NCBI RefSeq assembly: GCF_019264445.1
Contig: NZ_JAHVAB010000062.1
Span: 16,663 to 80,662, forward strand
Direction: 5' to 3'
DNA length: 64,000 nucleotides
Source: Hydrogenophaga sp.
GTDB lineage: Bacteria > Pseudomonadota > Gammaproteobacteria > Burkholderiales > Burkholderiaceae_C
The translations under genes were made by a program, and so were the position numbers. Below are positions 11,569-20,336 of this stretch, one piece after another. Within the stretch, counting starts at the first letter, position 1, and each line of letters begins with the position of its first letter. The notes below the pieces were generated by a model, which made no database searches, had not been told where the DNA came from, and saw only the letters and a list, made by a program, of their open reading frames with translations.

Positions 11569-12246
11569 ATGCCTTCCTTGCGCAAATGGCTGCTCTCGGG
11601 CCTTCTGGTTCTGGTGCCCCTGATCATCACTTTGTGGGTGATCGAATGGGTCATCAGCACGCTGGACCAGACGCTGCGCATCCTGCCCACAAGCTGGCAG
11701 CCCGACCAGCTTCTGGGTGTGCACATTCCTGGCCTGGGCGTGGTGTTCGCACTCCTGGTTGTGTTGTCCATCGGCGCGCTGGCGTCCAACATCATCGGGA
11801 ACAAGCTGGTGAGCTGGTGGCACGCCATGCTGCACCGCATCCCTGTCGTGCGTTCCATTTACTCGGGTGTGAAGCAGGTTTCCGACACGCTGTTTTCCGA
11901 AAAGGGCAATGCCTTTCGCAAGGCTTTGCTGGTGCAGTGGCCGCACGAGGGCATGTGGACCATTGCCTTTCTCACCGGCTCACCAGCGGGCGACGTGCTG
12001 GATCACCTTCAGTCCATGCCAGGCGGTGCGGAGCACGACGAGTTTCACAGTGTGTATGTGCCCACCACACCCAATCCCACAGGCGGCTACTTCGTGATGG
12101 TGCGCAAAAGCGCCTGCGTCGAGCTGCAGATGAGCGTGGACGAAGCGCTCACGTACATCGTGTCCATGGGCGTGATCGTGCCCGGCGGCCCAAAGAATGC
12201 CCAGATCAAGGTCGCCGCTGACGGCGCCATCACCCCCCAATCCTGA
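11569..12246 (+). CDS. DUF502 membrane protein
   Basis: LLVLVPLIIT, RIPVVRSIYSGVKQ, VPTTPNPTGG. Confidence 0.88.
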   Translation: MPSLRKWLLSGLLVLVPLIITLWVIEWVISTLDQTLRILPTSWQPDQLLGVHIPGLGVVFALLVVLSIGALASNIIGNKLVSWWHAMLHRIPVVRSIYSGVKQVSDTLFSEKGNAFRKALLVQWPHEGMWTIAFLTGSPAGDVLDHLQSMPGGAEHDEFHSVYVPTTPNPTGGYFVMVRKSACVELQMSVDEALTYIVSMGVIVPGGPKNAQIKVAADGAITPQS

Positions 12247-12294
12247 TGTTCCCTGGCGGAACTGTTCCGCGAACCTGTTGAAAGAAGAGTCGAA

Positions 12295-14097
12295 ATGGCG
12301 ATGCGTACCCACTATTGCGGTCTGGTGACCGAAGCCCAACTGGGCCAAACCGTTCAGCTGTGTGGCTGGGTGAATCGGCGGCGCGATCACGGCGGCGTCA
12401 TCTTCATCGATCTTCGCGACCGTGAAGGCTACGTGCAGGTGGTCTGCGACCCCGACCGCGCCGAGATGTTCAAGACGGCTGAAGATGTGCGCAACGAGTT
12501 CTGCGTGCAGGTGACGGGCCTGGTGCGTGCGCGTCCCACAGGCACAACGAACGACAAGCTCAAGAGCGGCCAGATCGAGGTGTTGTGCCACGAGCTGAAA
12601 GTGCTGAACCCGTCGGTCACGCCGCCGTTCCAGCTGGATGACGAAAACCTCTCGGAAACCACGCGCCTGACGCACCGAGTGCTGGACCTGCGCCGCCCGT
12701 ACATGCAGAACAACCTCATGCTGCGCTACCGCGTGGCCATGGAGGTGCGCAAGTTTCTGGATGCCCATGGGTTCATCGACATCGAGACGCCCATGCTCAC
12801 CAAGAGCACGCCAGAAGGAGCGCGCGACTACCTCGTGCCCAGCCGCGTGCACGATGGCCACTTCTTTGCACTGCCGCAATCGCCCCAGCTGTTCAAGCAG
12901 TTGCTGATGGTGGCGGGGTTCGACCGCTACTATCAGATCACCAAGTGCTTCCGCGACGAAGATCTGCGCGCTGACCGTCAGCCCGAGTTCACGCAGATCG
13001 ATATCGAAACCTCCTTCCTGACCGAAGAAGACATCCGCGACATGTTTCAGGGGATGATCAAGACGGTCTTTCAGAACACGCTCGGTGTGGACCTGGGCGA
13101 GTTCCCTGTCATGGCCTACAGCGAGGCCATGCAGCGTTTCGGCTCCGACAAGCCCGACCTGCGCGTGAAGCTGGAATTCACCGAGCTGACCGATGTCATG
13201 GCCGATGTGGACTTCAAGGTGTTCAGCGCCCCGGCCCAGATGAAGGGCGGTCGGGTCGTCGCGCTGTGCGTTCGCGGCGGTGCCGAAATGCCGCGCAGCG
13301 AGATCGACGCGTACACGGAGTTCGTCAAGATCTACGGCGCCAAGGGCCTGGCGTGGATCAAGGTCAATGAGTTGGCCAAGGGCAAGGATGGCCTCCAGTC
13401 GCCGATCGTGAAGAACCTGCACGACAAGGCGATTGCCGAGATCCTGGCCCGCACCGGTGCGCAGGACGGCGACATCCTGTTCTTCGGTGCCGACAAGGCC
13501 AAGATCGTCAACGACGCCATTGGCGCGCTGCGCCTGAAGATCGGCCACAGCGCTCTGGGCAAGAAAAATGGTCTTTTTGAAGACCGTTGGGCCCCGATGT
13601 GGGTGGTGGACTTCCCGATGTTCGAGCACGATGAAGAGGCCGACCGCTGGACCGCCGTTCATCACCCCTTCACGGCGCCCAAAGATGGGCACGAGGACTG
13701 GATGGTCACCGCGCCCGAGAAGTGCATTGCCAAGGGCTACGACATGGTGCTCAACGGCTGGGAAATCGGTGGCGGCTCGGTGCGTATTCACACTGCCGCC
13801 GTGCAGCAGAAGGTGTTTGATGCCCTCAAGATCACGCCAGAAGAGGCCCAGATCAAGTTCGGCTTCCTGCTCGATGCCCTGCAATACGGTGCGCCTCCGC
13901 ACGGCGGGCTTGCGTTCGGCCTCGACCGCATCGTGACCTTGATGACCGGTGCAGACTCCATCCGCGACGTCATCGCTTTCCCGAAAACCCAGCGCGCCCA
14001 GTGTCTGCTGACGCAGGCTCCGAGCCTGGTGGACGAGAAGCAGCTGCGCGAACTGCACATCCGCTTGCGCAACGTGGACCTCGCGAAATCCGCCTGA
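12295..14097 (+). CDS. aspS: Aspartate--tRNA ligase (probably non-discriminating, Asp/Asn)
   Basis: [47 protein letters not shown]. Confidence 0.97.
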   Translation: MAMRTHYCGLVTEAQLGQTVQLCGWVNRRRDHGGVIFIDLRDREGYVQVVCDPDRAEMFKTAEDVRNEFCVQVTGLVRARPTGTTNDKLKSGQIEVLCHELKVLNPSVTPPFQLDDENLSETTRLTHRVLDLRRPYMQNNLMLRYRVAMEVRKFLDAHGFIDIETPMLTKSTPEGARDYLVPSRVHDGHFFALPQSPQLFKQLLMVAGFDRYYQITKCFRDEDLRADRQPEFTQIDIETSFLTEEDIRDMFQGMIKTVFQNTLGVDLGEFPVMAYSEAMQRFGSDKPDLRVKLEFTELTDVMADVDFKVFSAPAQMKGGRVVALCVRGGAEMPRSEIDAYTEFVKIYGAKGLAWIKVNELAKGKDGLQSPIVKNLHDKAIAEILARTGAQDGDILFFGADKAKIVNDAIGALRLKIGHSALGKKNGLFEDRWAPMWVVDFPMFEHDEEADRWTAVHHPFTAPKDGHEDWMVTAPEKCIAKGYDMVLNGWEIGGGSVRIHTAAVQQKVFDALKITPEEAQIKFGFLLDALQYGAPPHGGLAFGLDRIVTLMTGADSIRDVIAFPKTQRAQCLLTQAPSLVDEKQLRELHIRLRNVDLAKSA

Positions 14098-14117
14098 TCG
14101 CGCAGCGGTCATTGCTC

Positions 14118-14144
14118 AAAGGGCGCCCGTTGGCGCCCTTTTTT
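14118..14144 (+). terminator. Rho-independent terminator of aspS
   Basis: aaa-gggcgcc-cgtt-ggcgccc-tttttt. Confidence 0.8.
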
Positions 14145-14235
14145 CTTGTATCAAAGCGTTTTGTGCGGTTATCTGCTGGCAATTTTCAGCATTCGGATGG
14201 GTTTGTTACCATGCCCTTTTGCAAAGGAGTTCTTC

Positions 14236-14556
14236 ATGCCCAAGATTCGTCAAGACACCCTGCCTGGTAAGGAAAAGCTCGTGGCCGACCTGCAACGCGT
14301 CATTGCGGATGCCGAGGAATTGATGCAGGCGACCGCCCACCAGACGGAGGGCAAGGTGGCCGAGTTGCGCGAGCGCATCAGCGACAACCTGCGCGACGCG
14401 CGCCACAAGCTGGCCGACGCGGAAGACGCCATCAAGGAAAAGACGAGGGAAGTCGCCCGCGCCACAGACGACTACGTGCATGAGCATCCCTGGTCTGCCA
14501 TTGGTGCGGCCGCAGGTCTCGGCCTGGTGGTGGGTTTGCTGATCAGCCGTCGCTGA
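14236..14556 (+). CDS. DUF883 / ElaB-YqjD family membrane-anchored protein
   Basis: AAGGAG RBS; LVADLQRVIADAEEL...YVHEHPWSAIGAAAGLGLVVGLLISRR. Confidence 0.88.
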   Translation: MPKIRQDTLPGKEKLVADLQRVIADAEELMQATAHQTEGKVAELRERISDNLRDARHKLADAEDAIKEKTREVARATDDYVHEHPWSAIGAAAGLGLVVGLLISRR

Positions 14557-14569
14557 GGCCTGGTACCCC

Positions 14570-14956
14570 ATGAGCACGCCCCCGCGCCTGTCTTCCTCCG
14601 TCAAAGGCATGGCTTCGACACTGCTGGAGTTGGTGCAGATCCGTCTGGAACTGTTCAGTATTGAAGCCCAGGAGGAAGTGCTTCGCGTGGGCGCGCTGCT
14701 GGTTTACGGCGCCATCGCGGTCGCCTTTCTCAGCCTGGGGGTGGTGCTGCTGGCGCTGTTGATCACTGTGGCGCTGTGGGACACCCACCGCCTGCTCGCG
14801 TTGGGGGTGTTCACCGGGCTTTTCCTGGCCACCGGTGGTGTGGCCGCCTGGCTCGCGCGCGAGCGTGTCCGCTCCGGCACCCGTCTGTTCTCTGCCAGCG
14901 TTGACGAACTCAAGCAAGACCGCGAGGTCCTGCGATCGAGCCAGGTGGACGCATGA
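14570..14956 (+). CDS. YqjE-like membrane protein (phage-holin-3-6 family)
   Basis: RLELFSIEAQEE followed by two TM helices, in yqjD-yqjE-yqjK order. Confidence 0.8.
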   Translation: MSTPPRLSSSVKGMASTLLELVQIRLELFSIEAQEEVLRVGALLVYGAIAVAFLSLGVVLLALLITVALWDTHRLLALGVFTGLFLATGGVAAWLARERVRSGTRLFSASVDELKQDREVLRSSQVDA

Positions 14957-15249
14957 ATCCCCGAGCGGCGGTGCTGGCGCGTCGGCGTGAACGGCTTGTG
15001 CAGCGCTCCGGGAACCTGCGCCGGACACTGACGCGGGAAATCAGGGCGGCACAACCCGTGTTGGCGTGGGCTGATCGGCTGCAGGACGTGTGGCTCTGGT
15101 TGCGCGGCAATCCTGTCATGGCGGTGGCGGGGAGCATGGCATTGGCGGCGTCGCGCCCACGGCGCTGGTTGGGCTGGGGCCTTCGGGCCTGGTCGGCGTG
15201 GCGCCTGTTTCAGCGGTTGCGTGCGCCGGGCGACAAGCCTTCTCGTTGA
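14953..15249 (+). CDS. YqjK-like protein
   Basis: Arg-rich, LARRRERLVQRS. 4-nt overlap with the previous gene. Confidence 0.65.
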   Translation: MNPRAAVLARRRERLVQRSGNLRRTLTREIRAAQPVLAWADRLQDVWLWLRGNPVMAVAGSMALAASRPRRWLGWGLRAWSAWRLFQRLRAPGDKPSR

Positions 15250-15265
15250 ACCGGCCGCTTCGCTC

Positions 15266-15709
15266 ATGAAGATCCCGCAGTCGGTGCTGGTGGTGATTCA
15301 CACGCCGGCGCTGGACGTACTGCTGATCGAGCGCGCCGATGCGCCAGGCTTCTGGCAATCGGTCACCGGCTCGAAGGACACGGAAGACGAGCCCTTTGAG
15401 GCGACAGCGGTGCGCGAGGTGTGGGAAGAGACCGGCATCGACGCACATGCGCCGGACCATGTGTTGACCGACTGGGCGCTGGAGAATGTGTACGAGATTT
15501 ACCCGCAGTGGCGCCACCGGTATGCGCCTGGGGTCGTCCAGAACACCGAACATCTGTTTGGACTGTGCATTCCGCACCCCCTGCCCGTGCGGCTGAGCGC
15601 CCGGGAGCATCGCGATCAAATCTGGTTGCCTTGGCAAGAAGCAGCGGATCGGTGCTTTTCGCCTTCGAACGCTGAGGCGATCACATGGCTCCGAAAGTTT
15701 GCCAGATGA
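15266..15709 (+). CDS. nudB: Dihydroneopterin triphosphate diphosphatase NudB
   Basis: KIPQSVLVVIH, FWQSVTGS, Nudix box AVREVWEETG, FSPSN. Confidence 0.92.
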   Translation: MKIPQSVLVVIHTPALDVLLIERADAPGFWQSVTGSKDTEDEPFEATAVREVWEETGIDAHAPDHVLTDWALENVYEIYPQWRHRYAPGVVQNTEHLFGLCIPHPLPVRLSAREHRDQIWLPWQEAADRCFSPSNAEAITWLRKFAR

Positions 15710-15887
15710 TGCGTCGATGGCTACTGCATCTGCACTATTTTGGCGCGCGATGGCCACTTTTCGTGAAATAACTCACGTCTGAAGCGCGGCGTGAGCGCAA
15801 CGCCGAGTCGGTGTTTTTCGGGTCCTCTTCAAATAATTTCCCTACCGTTTCAGCCTGCGTGTTCAGGCTTCGCGCTCCGGAAATGCC

Positions 15888-17213
15888 ATGAACAGGTCGC
15901 ATCGCACATCAATCAAACGCACTGCTGTCGTGGGCCGAGGCGCCACTGGCGGGATCAAATCGCGCGGCAAACAGGCCGGCCACCGCGTGCACAGCCTGGG
16001 CGCCAAGCCGGCCTCCAAGGGGGTTCCTTCGGGCTTTCCATGGCAAGACACGCAGGCGCCTGAAAGCGGGCTGCCTCTTTCCTGGATTTTTCTCGATCCC
16101 AGTCTGAGCGGCGCGGAAGGCTGGCTGGCATCGCTGCAAGGCGAGGTGGTTCACCTGGATCCGTCGCGCCATGGGCTTGAGCAAGTGGCGGGCTGGCTCC
16201 ATGGGCAAAACGATGTCCAGGCGATTCACCTGCTCACCAGCGGGTCGGCTGGCGTGATGACGTTGGGGTCCTCGGTTCTCGATGCGCACAGCCTGAGCGA
16301 TCAGCATGCGGAGGCGTTGGCCGTGATCGCAGGGGCGCTGTCGCCCGAGGCGCAGTTCCATGTGCATGGTGCCGACTTGAACGCGGATGCCGCCGGCGAG
16401 GCGCTGATGCACGCATTGGCATCCATCACGGGTGCTCACGTGCACGCTTCGGAGCATGGCCGCGCTGCCGCAAGCGATGGGTCGATGCGCGATGTGTCCG
16501 TGAGCACGTCCCAGGGCAACGCGGTGCATGGCACGTCGGTGGGGTCCGACCGTGCCCAGGCGCATCAGACTTTTTGCATCGGGGCGATTCCCCTGAACGG
16601 CATGCTGTTGGTGCATGCCGATGGCGCGTGGATGTACACGCCCGACGAAGGGTTCCATGGGCAGGACGGCTTCAGCATCGTGGTGCTGGAAGGGCGGCGC
16701 ATCAAGGACACGGTGAACGTGCAGGTGGAGGTGTTGGGCGAAGCTCCGGCGCTTGCGTGTATCGACATCGACGTCGGTGCTGCGGTTGAGCCGGACATCG
16801 TGCGGCTCGTCACCGCCGTGGACGGTCAGCAGGTGAAGCCGGACGACATCGTGAGCGTGAACCGGGGGCAGGTGGTGGCTGGCGTCGGCGGCGCGTTGGC
16901 CTTCCTGCCAGCGCCGGGCTTTATCGGTGCCACAACATTTGCATGCACGGTGTCGGACGGTCTGGGGGGATGTACCGAAGTGCAGGTGCAGGTGGAAACC
17001 CTGGACGATCTGGCCGAATCGTGGACCGGCGCGCCCACGGTGGTCCGTTCAGATGCGCGGGAAGAAGCGATGTTGCGTGCCGCGCTGCTCAGGGCTTTCG
17101 AACAGGCCAGCCCTGGCCACTCGGTGGGCTTCATGGCCCCGATCACGGCCGCCGATGGCATGCGCCTGACGCCGTTGGCCATGCCGCCTGGCGCGCCCGA
17201 CGTCACCCACTGA
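15888..17213 (+). CDS. DUF4347 domain plus two Ig/cadherin-like (Big_9-type) repeats; short, degenerate adhesin-like protein
   Basis: VVHLDPSRHGLEQVA...AIHLLTSGSAG...LG (DUF4347-like); DGAWMYTPDEGFHGQDGF and FLPAPGFIGATTFACTVSDGLGG (Ig-like repeats). Start codon uncertain. Confidence 0.65.
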   Translation: MNRSHRTSIKRTAVVGRGATGGIKSRGKQAGHRVHSLGAKPASKGVPSGFPWQDTQAPESGLPLSWIFLDPSLSGAEGWLASLQGEVVHLDPSRHGLEQVAGWLHGQNDVQAIHLLTSGSAGVMTLGSSVLDAHSLSDQHAEALAVIAGALSPEAQFHVHGADLNADAAGEALMHALASITGAHVHASEHGRAAASDGSMRDVSVSTSQGNAVHGTSVGSDRAQAHQTFCIGAIPLNGMLLVHADGAWMYTPDEGFHGQDGFSIVVLEGRRIKDTVNVQVEVLGEAPALACIDIDVGAAVEPDIVRLVTAVDGQQVKPDDIVSVNRGQVVAGVGGALAFLPAPGFIGATTFACTVSDGLGGCTEVQVQVETLDDLAESWTGAPTVVRSDAREEAMLRAALLRAFEQASPGHSVGFMAPITAADGMRLTPLAMPPGAPDVTH

Positions 17214-17273
17214 TTTCCTGGTCTTGCGCGGCGCGGCCGCGAAGAATCCAGCGCCCATGCGATCATCCCCCGC

Positions 17274-18002
17274 ATGAGCATTTTGCGGGTTGCCACCTAC
17301 AACATTCACAAGGGCGTGCAGGGCATGGGTCCCGCACGCCGGCTGGAAATTCACAACCTGGCGCATGCGGTGGAGCAGTTCGATGCCGACATCGTCTGCC
17401 TGCAGGAAGTCCGCCGCCACCACCGCAAGCTGGAAAAGCAGTTCACCCGGTGGCCAGACCTGGACCAGGCGGGCTATCTGTCGCCAGAAGGCTATGAGTC
17501 GGTGTACCGCACCAATGCCATCACGCGCCACGGTGAGCACGGCAACGCGTTGCTCTCGCGCTGGCCGGTGATCGACACCCGGCATTCCGATGTGTCCGAT
17601 CACCGCTTCGAGCAGCGCGGCTTGCTGCATGTGCAGTTGCTCGTGGAAGGCAAGGAGGTGCATGTCGTGGTGGTGCACTTCGGCTTGATTCACGCGAGCC
17701 GCGAGCGGCAGGTGCAACGACTGGGCGAGTACATCGGCACCGCTGTGCCGCCCGGTGCGCCGCTGGTGGTGGCGGGCGACTTCAACGATTGGGGCGCGCA
17801 ACTGCTGCGCCCCATGGCCGCGCTGGACCTGCGCACTTTTGAAGGCATTCGCCTCGCGACCTATCCGTCGCGGCTGCCGCTCCTGCATCTGGATCGCATC
17901 TTCGTGCGGGGACTGCGCCCTGTCTCGGCGCACGTGCCCCACGGCCGTGTGTGGGCTCGCATGTCGGACCACCTGCCCTTGATCGCCGAACTCGAGTTGT
18001 GA
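17274..18002 (+). CDS. Endonuclease/exonuclease/phosphatase (EEP) family protein, YbhP-like
   Basis: TYNIHKG, LQEV, GDFND, LDRIF, SDHLP. Confidence 0.9.
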   Translation: MSILRVATYNIHKGVQGMGPARRLEIHNLAHAVEQFDADIVCLQEVRRHHRKLEKQFTRWPDLDQAGYLSPEGYESVYRTNAITRHGEHGNALLSRWPVIDTRHSDVSDHRFEQRGLLHVQLLVEGKEVHVVVVHFGLIHASRERQVQRLGEYIGTAVPPGAPLVVAGDFNDWGAQLLRPMAALDLRTFEGIRLATYPSRLPLLHLDRIFVRGLRPVSAHVPHGRVWARMSDHLPLIAELEL

Positions 18003-19309
18003 GCACCTCGCCCGCACCCCACCAGCGCTCGCTTGCCCATCCGGGCGCTATGCAAGGTGGGCACCAACTGCTGCTGTTGCAGGGCGGTGCCGAGTTCTTC
18101 CCCGCGCTGGTGGATGCGATGGACACGGCGCGCGCTGTGGTGCACCTGGAGACCTACATCTTCGAGTTTGCGGGGTCGGCGCTGAGCGTGGCCGAGGCGC
18201 TGGAGCGCGCGGCGCGCCGTGGCGTCGTGGTGCGCCTCCTGATCGATGGCGTGGGCACGCCGCATGTGCCAGACGAGTGGAAACAGCGCTTTGCCGAGGC
18301 CGGCGTGACGCTGCGCATCTATGCGCCGCTTGGGCGTCTGGGTCTGCTGCTGCCGCGCAACTGGCGCCGGTTGCACCGCAAGCTGTGCGTGGTCGATGGC
18401 GTGGTCGGCTTCTGTGGTGGCATCAACATCATCGACGACCAGGACGACGTGGCGCTGGGCCGCCTGGCTGCGCCCCGGCTGGATTTCGCGCTTCGCGTGG
18501 CTGGCCCGCTGGTGGAGCACATGGTCGACACGATGGAGCAACTCTGGTGGCGGGTGCTGGCCGCGCGGCGTGCGCGTCAGCGCGAATTCAAGGCGGCCTG
18601 GGATGCGTTGCGGCAAGCGCGCCCGGTGGGCGATTTTTCGCGATTGCTGCAGAAGATCGAGTCGGGGCTGGACCCCGATGCGCCCGCCGACAGCCGTTTT
18701 GGCGAAAGCGCTCCCTCGCCGCTGGGCGTGGACGGCGCGCGCGCCCGGCTGCTGCTGCGCGACAACGTCAGCCACCGGCACGACATTGAGCGCGCGTACT
18801 TGAAGGCGATTGGCGAGGCACGTCAGGAGATCGTGATTGCCAACGCGTATTTCATTCCGGGGCGCAAGCTGCGCCGTGCGCTTACCCTGGCAGCCCAGCG
18901 TGGTGTGCGCGTGCGCCTGTTGCTGCAGGGCCGCTACGAGCATTTCCTGCAGTACCGCGCGGCTCGTCCGGTGTACCAGCGGCTGGTGGATGCAGGCATC
19001 CAGATCCACGAATACGCGCCCAGCGCGCTGCACGCCAAGGTGGCGGTGGTGGACCGGCGCTGGTCCACCGTGGGCTCGACCAATCTGGATCCGCTGTCCA
19101 TGCTGCTGGCGCGCGAGGCCAACGTGATGACCACCGACCGGCGCTTCTCCGGTCTGCTCCACAGCCACCTGGACGGTCTGGTGCAGCAAGCCGGCACGTT
19201 GCTGGACACGGATGCGCTGGGGCAGCGTCCCTGGCTGCAGCGCCAACTCGACCGCGTGGCTTTCGCGGTGATGCGCACGATCCTGTTTGTGACGGGTCAC
19301 AGGTACTGA
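17999..19309 (+). CDS. clsB: Cardiolipin synthase ClsB (phospholipase D family)
   Basis: Two HKD motifs (HRKLCVVD, HAKVAVVD). GTG start overlaps the EEP stop. Confidence 0.88.
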   Translation: MSTSPAPHQRSLAHPGAMQGGHQLLLLQGGAEFFPALVDAMDTARAVVHLETYIFEFAGSALSVAEALERAARRGVVVRLLIDGVGTPHVPDEWKQRFAEAGVTLRIYAPLGRLGLLLPRNWRRLHRKLCVVDGVVGFCGGINIIDDQDDVALGRLAAPRLDFALRVAGPLVEHMVDTMEQLWWRVLAARRARQREFKAAWDALRQARPVGDFSRLLQKIESGLDPDAPADSRFGESAPSPLGVDGARARLLLRDNVSHRHDIERAYLKAIGEARQEIVIANAYFIPGRKLRRALTLAAQRGVRVRLLLQGRYEHFLQYRAARPVYQRLVDAGIQIHEYAPSALHAKVAVVDRRWSTVGSTNLDPLSMLLAREANVMTTDRRFSGLLHSHLDGLVQQAGTLLDTDALGQRPWLQRQLDRVAFAVMRTILFVTGHRY

Positions 19310-19316
19310 CCCACCC

Positions 19317-20336
19317 ATGTCCGGCGACCTGATCGTCCAGCGCCCTGAAGGGCTCTATTGCCCGCCAGGCGACTTCTACATCGATCCCTGGCGCCGGGTG
19401 GATCGGGCCGTCATCACGCATGCGCACGCCGACCACGCACGCACAGGCCATGCCCACTACCTCGCCACCGCCGTGTCAGAGGGTTTGCTGCGTGCCCGTC
19501 TGGGTGCGGGCATTTCACTCCAGGGGCTGGCGTATGGCGAAGTGGTGGAGCACCACGGCGTGCGCCTGTCCTTGCACCCGGCAGGGCACGTTCTGGGCTC
19601 GGCGCAGGTGCGGGTCGAACACGAGGGGCGGGTGTGGGTGGCCAGTGGCGACTACCGCACCACCCCCGCCGGCGCAGTGCCCGACCGCACCTGCGCGCCT
19701 TTCGAATCGGTGCGCTGCGATGTCTTCATCACGGAGTCCACCTTCGGCCTGCCCATTTACCGCTGGCGGGCCGATGCCGACGTGTTTGCCGAGATCAACC
19801 GCTGGTGGCAGGCCAACGCCGAGCTGGGGCGGGCCAGCGTGCTGACCTGCTACAGCCTGGGCAAGGCGCAGCGCATCCTGGCCGGCGTGGACGCGTCCAT
19901 CGGGCCCATCGTGTGCCACGGCGCCGTGGAGCCGCTGAACCGCGCGTACCGTGCCGCCGGCGTTGCGCTGCCCGAGACGCTGCAGGTGGGCGATGTCGGC
20001 GACGCTGCCACCTTGCGCCGGGCGCTGGTGCTGTGCCCGGGTTCTGCGCTCGGGTCGCCCTGGATACAGCGCTTTGGCGAGATCTCCGATGCCTTTGCCA
20101 GTGGCTGGATGCAGGTGCGCGGCTGGCGCCGCCGGGGCGGTCTGGATCGTGGCTTCGTGCTCAGCGATCACGCCGATTGGCCCGGGCTGCTGAGCGCCAT
20201 CGAGGCCAGCCGCGCCGAACGCGTGATCGTCACCCACGGCAGCGTGCCGGTGCTGGTGCGCCATCTGCGCGAACAAGGCCTGCAGGCGGACAGCTTCGAG
20301 ACCGAGTACGGCGATGAGCCGGAGGCGGCGGCATGA
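19317..20336 (+). CDS. Ligase-associated DNA damage response exonuclease (MBL/beta-CASP-like)
   Basis: GLYCPPGDFYIDPW, ITHAHADH, GHVLGSAQ, TESTFGLP, LSDHADW. Confidence 0.9.
   Translation: MSGDLIVQRPEGLYCPPGDFYIDPWRRVDRAVITHAHADHARTGHAHYLATAVSEGLLRARLGAGISLQGLAYGEVVEHHGVRLSLHPAGHVLGSAQVRVEHEGRVWVASGDYRTTPAGAVPDRTCAPFESVRCDVFITESTFGLPIYRWRADADVFAEINRWWQANAELGRASVLTCYSLGKAQRILAGVDASIGPIVCHGAVEPLNRAYRAAGVALPETLQVGDVGDAATLRRALVLCPGSALGSPWIQRFGEISDAFASGWMQVRGWRRRGGLDRGFVLSDHADWPGLLSAIEASRAERVIVTHGSVPVLVRHLREQGLQADSFETEYGDEPEAAA

Noticed and set aside
14570-14956. 'Phage holin' family hit as evidence for a prophage
   Set aside because: This is the YqjE-type cellular protein in yqjD/E/K order. No integrase, capsid, terminase or endolysin gene is nearby.
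17274-19309. EEP-clsB coupling as a novel pair
   Set aside because: It matches the known E. coli ybhP-clsB (ybhO) arrangement.
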